From: Azolla caroliniana
Taxonomy: Eukaryota > Plantae > Polypodiophyta
Assembly: GCA_043228905.1 (NCBI GenBank)
Contig: JBHGNT010000003.1
Coordinates: 7,130,001 to 7,194,000, forward strand
Reading direction: 5' to 3'
DNA: 64,000 nucleotides
Below, in pieces: positions 10,405-21,637 of the stretch (positions are counted from its first letter, which is position 1; every line of letters starts with the position of its first letter). The notes under the pieces are model-generated. The model saw nothing but the letters and a program-made list of their open reading frames with translations, had not been told where the DNA came from and ran no database searches. The translations under genes and the position numbers were made by a program.

Positions 10405-13400
10405 GTGCAATCCTCGCCACCGGACACTCGATCGCGAGTTGATTCACCACCAAAACCCTCGTCGAGCCCACCGGAGGTCAATCAACCGGAACTAAACCCT
10501 TTTCCGGTGCTACCAGAAGACCCAGAGTACGACATCATGCCGTACCCATACCCACGATACACCGACGGACCAGACGCGGAGTCACACATCCGTGCCTTCA
10601 TATCCACGTGGCAGGCCAACCACTCAACGCACCGCCTCACGCCGGCCGAAATCGATGCCTCAAAGATTGCCGAGTTCACACTCTCCCTCGATGGACCGGC
10701 CGCACGATGGTACTCTCGCCTCGAAATAGGAGAGGCCACCACTTTCCAAATCATGCGCACAAAGTTCCTTGAACTTTTTCATCGTAAGGTGCCTAAACGG
10801 GAACTGCTCCGGCAATTCTTCTCTATATGCCAGGAACCGCACGAAACGGTCGCGCAGTTCACGATCCGGTTCCAGGATCTCTACAGACAAGTGGCCGATG
10901 ATGTCTTGGCACAACATATACCAAACACTTTCCTATCCAGTTTACAAGAGCCTCTCCGAACGACTACCAGGATGTTTTTGCTTGGTCTTACACTGATATG
11001 AAGGGGTTGGATCCTCAATACTACCAACATCAAATTCACATCTTACCCGACACTCGACCGGTTCAGTAGAGGCGCTACAAGATGAACCCCAACTACGCCG
11101 CTAAAGTCAAAGAGGAAATTGACAAACCACTCCGAGTGGGCTTCATTCGCCCTGTTAAACGGGCCACGTGGTTGAGCCCGATCGTAGTGGTCCCAAAGAA
11201 GAACGGAAAAATCCGCGTCTGCGTCGACTATCGGAAGCTTAACGCGGCAACAGTCACCGATGGTTTCCCTCTCCCATTCACGGACAGCATCCTCGACACG
11301 GTAGCCGGCCACGAATGCTACAGTTTCCTCGACAGGTTCAGCGGCTATAACCAGATAAGAATGCACCTAGAGGATCAGGAGAAAATCGCTTTCGTCACGG
11401 AATGGGGTGTTTTTGTAGCAGAAGTAATGATGTTCGGTCTAAAAACGGCGCCGGCTACGTTCCAGCGCATCATCACCGAAATCTTTCATGACTACATCCC
11501 GACGTTCATGCAAGTCTTTCTCGATGATTTCGCCGTGTATGGCCATCGACGGGAACACATGACCCAGTTACGACTATGCCTGGACCGATGTTGCCAAGCT
11601 CGATTCAGCTTAAACCCGGCGAAATGCGCGTTCTTAGTCACCAGCGGCAACCTTCTCGCCACATTGTCAGTCAAGAAGGCATCGCTATGGACCCGGATAA
11701 AGTAAAGGCAATCCTGACCGCCACCGCACCCTCGAACGCTAAGGCACTAAGCCGTTTTTTGGGACAGATCCGGTGGCACAACCAAATGATACGACACCTG
11801 GCCGATTTCGCGACACCTTTACACGCGGCAGTCCATCGCCTTCCCTTCCAATGGACGTCAATCGAGGACACGGTCTATCAGACCCTGAAACTAGTGCTGT
11901 CACATGCCCCGGTGGTCCAGTCTCCGGTTTGGTCCGAACCGTTTCATGTCTTCGTAGATGCTTCGGACATCGCCATCGAAAGTGCCTTGATGCAATGCAC
12001 ACCCTCGAAATGGTATAGGCCCGTGTACTACGCTAGCCAACGGCTCTCGACCGCGGAAAAGAATTACTCCACCACCGAGTGGGAGGCCTTCGGTATGATT
12101 TATACCATCAATAAATTCCGGCATTACCTCTTGGACCGAAAATTTACCTTTCACGTGGATCACTCGGCCCTTCTTTATTTGGTCAATAAACAAGCGCTCA
12201 CCAGACGGTTGGCTCGGTGGATGCTCCTACTCCAAGAGTTTGATTTCCAGATTCAGCATCGACCCGGGGTACAACATGTCGTCGCCGACTACTTGAGCCG
12301 TCTTGAGTCAGGGGAACCGGCGAAAACAACGTACGACGAGCTACCAGACGCCAGCCTATTTAACCTGACCACGATACCAAGCGATAACGAAGATGAATGG
12401 ATCACGGAGATGACCCATTTTCTCACTACTGGTTTACCTCCCGAGCACATGCCCCTTGACACGAGAAAACGCCTAGCAGTGTGTAGCCGGAATTTTTGCC
12501 TCGTCTCGGACATTCTCTACCACAAAGGCTCGGACGGCATATGGCGCTGAGCGATTCGGCAATTCAAGAAGAACGTCGTTCTTCAGGAGGCCCACCAGGG
12601 AGTAGCTGGGGGGCACTACGCCGGGGATTCCACGGCAAGGAAAGTTTGGCAAAGTGAATTGTGGTGGCCGACAACGAAGAGAGACGCTCACGAGTTTTGC
12701 CGGCAGTGCGATTTGTGCCAACGACTGGGGCAACCAATGGAACAGTCACACATGCCACACCAGCCAATTCTTCCGTTGGACCCATTTCAAAAATGGGGTT
12801 TGGATTTTGTAGGCCCTTTCAAACCACCTGCGGCCCGTACAGGGAATAGGTATATTATCGTTGCCACGGATTACTGCACCAAATGGGTCGAGGCTAAAGC
12901 ACTCTGAGACAACACGGCGGCATCCATGGCTAAATTCATGTACGAGCACCTCTGGTGCCGTTACGGATGCCCAATCGAGCTCGTTAGTGACCAAGGTGGG
13001 CACTTCATCAATCACATAATACGTGAGCTTACACACCACTACGCGGTGGTGCACAAGAAAAGCACACCATACTACCCGCAGGCGAACGGCTTGGCGGAAT
13101 CAACCAATAAAATCCTCTAAACCATACTGAAGAAGATCGTCAATGAAAATAGGACCGATTGGGATGACAAACTCCAGAGTGTGCTGTGGGCGTATCGTAC
13201 GACTTTCAAAACAAGCATCCAATCAACCCCCTTTCGAATGGTGTTCGGGTTAGAAGCCGTAATACCCGTCGAGTTCCAAGTCCCGAGCCTTCGAGTTCAA
13301 ATCAAAGCACGGCTCCCCGAGGCCCAATCCGAGCAATACCGGCAAAGATAGGATAGAGAGTATGGCCCAACTCGAACAACGCCAACGACAATGCAAGGCT

Positions 13401-13687
13401 TTCGTGGATCGACATCGACACGGGCTGTAAAAGGAGCTCACCATCGGCAAACCGGTTCTTCTTTTTCAAACACGACTCGGGTCTATGCCGGGAAATTAAG
13501 ATTTCGGTGGACCGGTCCATTCTGGATTATTGACGAGTTCAACGGGACGTTCCAGCTCGGCACACTCGCCGGCGACACTGTCAAAAGCTGGGCCAATGGT
13601 TTCCGACTTCGACCATATCGAGGCACTACACCACCCAACCCGTTTCGGGAAACCACCACGGAGGAGGCCACGTGTCCCCCTGAATAA
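10405..13687 (+). pseudogene. gag-pol of C; zinc knuckle and protease deleted at about 10968; stops and frameshifts
   Basis: The capsid region is homologous to D gag and joins directly to YQDVFAWSY (pre-RT). RT FLDDF, RNase H VDASD, integrase WGLDFVGP. Confidence 0.92.
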
Positions 13688-14209
13688 GGACTCACCCACC
13701 TTCTTGAAATTAATAAAAGTAGTAGTAGGTAGGATTAACCATAGTTTAGCCACCGATTAGCTACACCTACACCACCCACCTAGGCACCCACAAATTTAGG
13801 AGCACCCCTCGCCACCACTCATTTAGTACCTATTTAAGCACATGCAAAGCACTAGAAGCACCCCACTCACCTTCAGGACACATGGTGCTAGTCACTTATT
13901 ATGGCACCCACGACTTAGAATCTTCAGGATTCGCTTCAAGCACAAAACCCTAGGAGTAAGTTACTAAAACCGTTTCCAAAACGCAGCACAGACACAGAAG
14001 TTCATTATCGCTCCCAATCTCCATCGCTCTCAAGCTTAGAAACCCCGTCTCGCTCTCATCACTCTAAACGCTCTTGCTCTCAAGCCCTCTTTCGCTCTCA
14101 TAGCCCCTCTGCTGAACTTCCCCTTCCTGTTGTTCCTGCTCAGTCTCGACCTCACCTCATCACTCTTCTTCACTCTTCCACACAGTCAAACCACGTCTCC
14201 ATCTCCACC

Positions 14210-14951
14210 ATGCCTCTTACCGCTTCAACAGAAACCCGTGCCTGGCTCCAGGAACGAGGAATGGGCGGTTACCTGAAGATCATCGATGCCCCCCTGCACC
14301 CAGATGCCCAAGGTGTGGCTAAACGTATTTGTCCCGAAGCCATCACCAACAACGTGCTTCGGGCTGTTTTGGACCTGCAACGGGGAGGGGACCATGAGGT
14401 CGACATACCCCCGACATCGAAGATGAAAGAGTACTTCGGTGAGTACTCAGCCTCAGGGAAGGCATATCGCACATATGGCGGTCCCAACAGAGCTTTCGGG
14501 GAGATTGCTCGTATATTGATGGAGTATGCGTTCGTGCATACGAACCCGACAAGCATGCCGCAGAACAAGGCAGCCATCATCATCAGCGCGTATGAAGGAA
14601 ACAGAATCGATTGGGGAATCATCACAGGCGAAGGACTCTGCGCCGCCTTAGCTTCATTCCAGTCCGGTAAGAAGATGTTGTCTGTTCTTACCCACTTTTT
14701 GATGGTTCTATACCCACCCTCTTCTCTTCCTTCCCCTCGCACACTCACGTCCCCACCACCACCACGAAGGCAGAGAGAGAAATTCGTTGCCATCAGCCAC
14801 GAAGCATGGGAGGAGCCCACATCGCCTTCACCTCCTGCCATCGACCAAAACCCTGCATCTGCACCACCACCCACCCAACCCCAACAAAAAAGGGTAGTTT
14901 CCGAGACCTGCCAAGAATGGGAGGAGGAGATAGCCGCGGAGGACAACACGG
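14210..14951 (+). pseudogene. ORF2 of C, N-terminal part (continues at 31219-33279 and 38728-38895)
   Basis: Aligns with D ORF2 (YFGEYS..GK.YRT.GG; YEG...DW). Confidence 0.85.
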
Positions 14952-15590
14952 TGTCGTGAAGAAAACCGTCCACGAGCGGAATCCGTGCACCTGAGCATAG
15001 AAACCGACTCTTCATGCACGTGCGCCTTAAGTTGTACGTAGGAGATCCTAGGTAGATTCGGTAGGTAGGGAGTAAAGGGGAAACGGCTCCTTCCTTGCCT
15101 ATAAAAGGAGGGAGACGAGGAGGGTAGAGGGATCGCGGAGAGTCGAGGAAGAAGTGCTGTCGGTTTGCGTGCGAAGGCTTCTCTCTCTCTCTCCGGTTCG
15201 CAAACTCCATAGCTTCCTTCTGTGCAGGTTTCGGGAGGCTCGCGCTGCTCTGAGGAATGCCCGAGTGCTTCCGGCAGCACCTCCAACCTGTTCCTGTCTT
15301 TCTGTGCGTTTACGAACAGGTATCAGCATCTGTTCGCCGGCCTGTTCGGTTGTAACCGACTTCGTGTTTTGTTGTCTTCGTGTTCTTGTTGTTTGTCTTT
15401 GTTAATACATACATACATTCGTGTCTTTCTGTGTCGCTGTCCCACTTGCGTCTTTGCGTCGAAGGGCCGTGTCCCTGTGGATCTACGCTCGCACGTAGAG
15501 GGTTCTTCCCCTTCCTCTCTCGCTCTTTGGTACAGGTCCCCCGAGGTTCCGCCTCATTCCACGCATCCGCGAGGAATACCTCCACATCTT

Positions 15591-15608
15591 TGGTGAACCC
15601 GACGTGAA
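15591..15608 (+). promoter_or_regulatory. PBS complementary to tRNA-Trp
   Basis: TGGTGAACCCGACGTGAA, 4 nt after the LTR end CA. Confidence 0.9.
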
Positions 15609-15630
15609 GGAGGCGGCAGAAGAGCAGAAG

Positions 15631-17757
15631 ATGAGGGGGTCGGATCTTGCGGAGGCCATGGCTTCGGCCGTGGATCGGATATTGAGCACACGCGAGGGCA
15701 CCGGCGCCCTCGACAGAGCCATTGAGGAGGTTGTCGGTACGATCGGCCGTTTCAGCGGAAAGGATGCTACGAAGTATTTGGCGTCCTACGGGGCGGAAAT
15801 GCTGATGCGGGACATTCCGGAAGAGAGGCGTCTTGCCGGGTTCCCTCGAGTGGCGATGCCGAGCATCCATGCGGAGGTGCTCGAGGTACGGGCGGAGAGC
15901 CGTACCTGGGAGGAGTTCGAAGGCCGACTCCTAGAGAAATATGGGCTGGACGACGCGCTCCGGCTTTCGAAACGGGACTTCATGGAATGGGTGGAGTCCC
16001 CCGGCAAAGGAAGAAACGCGTCGGCACTCCTCCGGGAGTTCGAAGAACGCTTTGCGCGCCTTTCGGCGCTTGCCCGAACTATCCTGGATACGAGCCGGGT
16101 CCTACTGTTCGTCAAGTCGGTGGACGAGCGGGACCGGGATCAAGTCGGCTCCTTGCTGGAAACCGAAGACGGGTTGACAACCGACTGGGCTGCGGTTAAG
16201 AGAGTCTGTGGCCATTTCGACAAACGGCGAGAATGGGCTGACAACGGGGCGGCCGGTGCGGGCTCTGTTACAGCAAGGAGGCTTGAACCGGCGCCGCAAG
16301 TACGAAGGGAAGAAACCCAGGAATGGCTCGAAACCGGTCCGGCTTCGACCGGCATGGTCAATGGCTCGTCCGGAGGAGCAGCGCTGGAGGAGTTGACGCG
16401 AGCGATAAAGGATCTCCAGATCGCCCAGACTCGAAGGGAAGGAGGCGAACCGGCTCGTGACCGACGGCCGACAGTAGGGAACAGGTGCATGTGGTGCGAC
16501 GAGGTCGGCCACATCCGGAAGGACTGCGACGATTTTGCAGAAGCGTTGAGGAGCCGGGTGGTGTACCTGTGGGAAGGTCGGGTGCACGCCGGCGACACCA
16601 GAAGGGCCCTAAACCGAAACGACGGATGAGGAGGTATGAAGAGACTGATGGAAGAGGCAGCGGCCCGACACGTGGAGGCCATCCACTACTCGGCGTCGGC
16701 CGACATTCGGGTCGGGGGCAGCGAGGCCCGAAAGGAGGGCAAAGACGGATTCTGGTCGGTAATGCTGGAAGGTCTTGCCGGTGCACGGCCAAGGAAAGAC
16801 GAAACGGACCGTGCTGAGAGACGGGTCCGGGAAATAACCGGGTGGAGCGATCCGGTCGAGGAGAAGACGGGCTTCGTAGAAGCCGCCTGCCAGAACTACG
16901 AGGCTCTGGTAGAAGACAAGCGAGTGGGGAAAGCCGGAGCGGCCGGGCCCTCACAACGGTACGAGACCCGATTCGGGCAACGACGGAACGATGTCGGCGG
17001 GTCCAGCTCGCAAGACAACCCCAGGAAGGGCGGATACTGACTGGGGACGGAGATAGAAAGGACTACGGACCCACGAAAGGTCCTAGAAGAACGGATCCTC
17101 GACAGCAAAGTGGAGCTGTCATTGCGAGAGGTGTTAGGGATCGCCAAGAAGGAGTTCCACGACTCCATTGTAGACTTGGTGAAACGGAAGAGGCTGTCGA
17201 CGGAGACGGATCCGGAAAGACCGGTAGAGGTGCGGACGACGCACATCGACGACTCGGCGTTGGCAGATGAGTGGGCGGAGAGCCACTATTCGAGGCCACA
17301 CTGGGCCCGAGCGACCACGGAGACCCTGGTAAGGATCGGAGAGGTTTAGGAACCGGTGGTGGCATTGGTGGACCACGGTTCGGAAATAAACCTGATGTCC
17401 ATGGACTTCTATAAGAAGGGAAAGTGGCCGATCAACACCAAGCACGGGGGGAAGATACGGGCGGCGACGCGCGCCACCGAGGAACTACACGGGGCCTGCC
17501 CGAACGTGCGAGTCAAGATCGGCGACGTCGAGATTGACCAGCACTTCTTCGTACAGGAGACGTCCTCGCACCCGGTCATATTAGGTGAACCATACATCAC
17601 GGCGGCGCGGATGGAGACCAAAGTGCTGGACAACGGGTCGGCCTACGCGAGGGTCAAAAGCCAGGACGGGAGCCATTCGGTTCAGTTTCTGACGGTGCGG
17701 CCGAACCACGAGAGAAACCGCGAATCCCTCAGTGGCGAGAACCGGGAGGATTTTTAG
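15631..17757 (+). pseudogene. gag-protease of E
   Basis: CMWCDEVGHIRKDC and LVDHGSEINLM. In-frame stops end at 16629, 17040 and 17349. Confidence 0.92.
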
Positions 17758-19845
17758 AGAGGGCTGCCAAGGCGTGGGGCCGAGACAGTCCGGACACTCG
17801 GGAAAGACCCCACGATTGTACGATAGGTAGGAGATTTTGCTTCTCCGACAACGGAGGGTGTATGATAGTCGGCATCGTTGGCCGAGAAAAGAGAAGGGCG
17901 GAAGAGCGACTTCGAGCGTGCGGAGTTCTCGGCCCGGACGAGGAAATCAGCGGAGCCGTGGAGGCGGTCTCCTTCGACGACACCTTGCGGATGCTGAGGA
18001 AGGTAGCCGGAGAAGACCTTAACGAAGACCGGACGATACCGGTATGTTCCGAAGAGATGTACGAAGTCATCGCGAACTTCAGTCGGGGGCTCGGGTCGGA
18101 TCGGATGGCTCGAGTTAGCACGAAGTACAAGACTGTGGATCGGAAGGTAAGGCCGGTCGCGGCACCCTTGCCGGAGGGCAGCGAGTCCCGAATAAGAGGG
18201 GTGGCTTCGGACCCCAGTTTACGAGATCCGGCCTGCATAGGACACACCTTCACCGACAGAACACTCCGGGAGCTCAAAATCGGTGGGGGCGGGTTCCTAC
18301 TGCCGGCGGAGGAAGACCGGTTTCGGAGGATGCTCAGAAGGCACGGGAAAGCCTTCGCATTCTCACCGGAAGAGATCGGGTGCGTGGACCCGACGATCGT
18401 GGAGCCGATGGTGATATTCACGGTACCGCATGTACCGTGGAATCTCAAGCCGATTCCAGTACCGAGAGCTCACATCCCGAAGTTGATGGAGCTATTGAGG
18501 CAGAAAGTCGATATGGGTATTCTCGAACCGTCGAGTGCCCCATACTCGAACCGATGGTTTACCGTACCAAAGAAAAACGGAACGTTGCGCTTCATTCAAG
18601 ACCTGCAGCCGGTCAACAGAGTGACCATCCAGAACGCAGGAATCGGACCGACCATAGACGAGTTCGCGGAGGCCTTCGCCGGAAGGTCGATTTACTCGGT
18701 CGGTGATCTGTACTCGGGGTACGACCAGTTCCAGCTAGCCGTGGAGAGCAGAGACATTACGACGATGCGAACTCCCCTCGGCCTAGTACGAATGTGTACC
18801 CTGCCACAAGGAGGGACCAACTCGGTGGCCCACATGGTGAATGCAATGAACAAAGTACTGAGGGATTGCATCCCGGACATCACCATGCCGTTTCTAGACG
18901 ACATCCCTATCAAGGGGTGCCCGGTGGAAGAGAAGGACGAGACACTCGAGCCGGACGGATGCCAGCGATTCGTAGCAACACACATCGACGACTGCGAGAA
19001 GGTGCTACAAAGGCTAGAGGATGCGAGGCTCACCTTCTCCGAGGAGAAATCGGCCTTCGGGCAATCAGAGATCCTGGTGGTCGGGCACCTATGTGGGCCA
19101 TATGGCCGGACGCCGTCTCCGGCAAAGGTAGAAGCCATCTCCGCGATGAAGACCGACTGTAGCTCGGTTACGGAAGTTCAGAGGTTCTTGGGGACATGCG
19201 CATTCTACCACATATGGATCCCGCATTACGCCCACGTTGCGGAGCCGCTATACGGGTTGCTGAAGAAAGGGCGAAAATTCGAGTGGCGAGATGAGCACAC
19301 GGAGTCAGTCCGGAAGCTGAAGGAAGCTCTTGCGGCAGCACCGGCGCTCCGGAAGGCTGTCTACGAGAACGGTACCCCGGTATACATAACGGTGGATACG
19401 AGTCCGACCGGGATCGGATGGGTCGTCAACCAAGAAGACGGGGACGGCACCCGGTTCCCGATCCGATTCGGCGCTAAGGTCCTCAGTGAACGACAGCGAG
19501 GGTACGCCCAGGTTAAACGCGAACTCTGGGGTATTGTTTCAGCAGTAAAGGCCGACAAAGATTACCTGATCGGGACAGAAGTGGTTATCGAGACGGATTG
19601 CCTGCCGATTCTCGGCATGGTTTCCGGATGCGCGACACCGGACCTGGCGATGCTCCGGTGGATAGCGTACATCAAGTCCCTGGACCCGGAAATACGGCAC
19701 ATTTCCGGAAAGGACAACGCCATGGCCGACATGCTTTCGAGGGCAAGGTTTGATGACGAGGGCGGCATGGTTTCGGAGGACGAAGAAGTCGGCGTGGACT
19801 TCTTCGAGGCAGCATACGTAACGGCTGATGGGACGAGCACTGCAA
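17754..19845 (+). pseudogene. RT-RNase H of E (open frame, truncated before integrase)
   Basis: ORF 17862-20072 carries RT and RNase H motifs. Its tail after about 19845 is unrelated copia 3' sequence. Confidence 0.92.
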
Positions 19846-21637
19846 CAACAGAAGGCACCAAGCGGAAGAAAAGGCACCAGAAGAAGCGTCAACACTGCAA
19901 CAACAGAAGAGCTGATGAGGGCCACATGAGCAGACAAGCCGACCGGAAGGGTCGAAGCGCGCGGAGTCGAACAGGTCGAGGAGCGCGAGCGAGGCGTGAA
20001 GCCAGGAGGAACCGGAGCTATGAGCCCGAGGATCCCGAAGAGCCTCAAGTTGAGCTTGAGGGGGAGTGTTGAGAGATAAGCTCAACATCGGCCGGATCGG
20101 CTGAAGAAGCCGAGGACCGGATCGGTTGGGACCGATCGGTTAGGCCGAGTGCATAAACCGGGAGTCCGTTAGGAAAGATATTCCGTGAGGAATATATTTG
20201 GGAGTTAGTGTAGGAGCTCTTGATGAGCATTGAAGTACTGTCAGTACTTCGGTCAGTCCTTTTAGGACTTGTATAAAAGTGCTCACTGAGCACGTCTTAT
20301 GTACAGATTGAGTATTATTGTTGAATACAGTTCTTTGTCTTTCTCTCTCTGTCTCTCCCGAGTATACTGCGTAAGCTCAAGCTCTCCATTAAACCTGAGT
20401 TTCCTTCCCTCTGTTCTGTCTTCATACTTGCTTCCGCACGCTACTTTCTACATGGTATTAGAGCGCGAGGGTTGAGAACCTCTCTGCAGCCGACACAGCT
20501 TGACGAAGAACAAGAAGAACGATGGATAGAGGCATGGCGAGCTCGCTTCCAACAGAGAAGCTCAACAGAACCAACTACGCGTCTTGGTCCTACAAGATGC
20601 ACCAGTACCTGCTCGGGCATGGCTACTGGAGTTATGTCGAAGGAGCTAATGACGCGGCACCCGAATCGATACATAGAGACTTCCCGTTGTGGGAGCAATC
20701 GGCAAGCAGGGTATTGTACTGCTTCACGTCGTGTGTGGGCGAACAGCTATTGAGCTATGTTCAGGATGCAAAGACGCCGAAGGGTGCGTGGGAAAATCTG
20801 AAGAAGATTTTCGCCGCGAGCACCACAGCCAGGAAGCTTCAGCTCCGACAGGAGTTGAGCAACCTACGACAACGCGACTTGTCGGTGGCGGACTATACCT
20901 CGAAGATCAAGGATATCTGCAACTCCCTCGCCTCCATAGAGGTGAACATCGAGGAGAGCGAGATGGTCCAGATTTGTCTCGGAGGTTTGGCGTCGAAGTT
21001 CGGAGCGTTCCGAACGGCTGTGTGTACCCGGGAGAATACGCCGTCCTTTTTCGACTTACAGTCGATGCTCCTAGTAGAGGAAAATCACGCGGGTGTGTCT
21101 ACAAGCACACACACCGACAACAGAATGTTGTACACAGAGGGAGATAGGCCTCGTGGACGTGGAGGACGATGTTACTGGCCGGCAAGGAGTCCAAAATACG
21201 GAGTGAAGGAATTAATTAAGTATGGTTGTAAATAAGCATAGTGTGGACGGACGGACTGGAAACGGTATGCCGTTCCAGATCCGGACGGAACCCGAATAGG
21301 TGCGAGAGGCACCGTTTTGTACTACGGGCCGGAAACCTATTTAAAGGCCCGGACCCCATTGTAATCGAGCGGATAATTAATAGAGCATATGGTGTTTATA
21401 CTTCTGTGTTGATTTCCGTTCTGTAATTACTGTTATATCTTACGCGTGTAATTAACCAAGCATTCTAATCGTGTAACTTACGTAAGTCGGTGTAATCGTT
21501 GAATCTTAATCCTATGCCGTAATCACCCTTTGGTGAAGTGTCTCCATGACACCTTGTGTTAGGCCTTGTCCGGCCAGCGAATAACACAGTTTTGGCGACC
21601 ACGATTCCTGCTTTCTCGCAGCGAACGACGGTAATGG

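Larger units (their letters stand above)
14952..19845 (+). mobile_element. Ty3/gypsy element E (family A), 3'-truncated after RNase H
   Basis: LTR 14952-15586, perfect 18-nt Trp PBS 15591-15608, gag-PR 15631-17757 with stops, pol from about 17754. Confidence 0.93.

Noticed and set aside
14269-15210. 313-aa minus-strand ORF and similar antisense ORFs over gag-pol regions
   Set aside because: These are antisense shadows of GC-rich coding frames, and this one crosses an insertion junction.
19846-20072. Novel basic C-terminal extension on the RT-RNase H ORF
   Set aside because: It is a chance in-frame fusion of truncated E with the 3' end of copia F.
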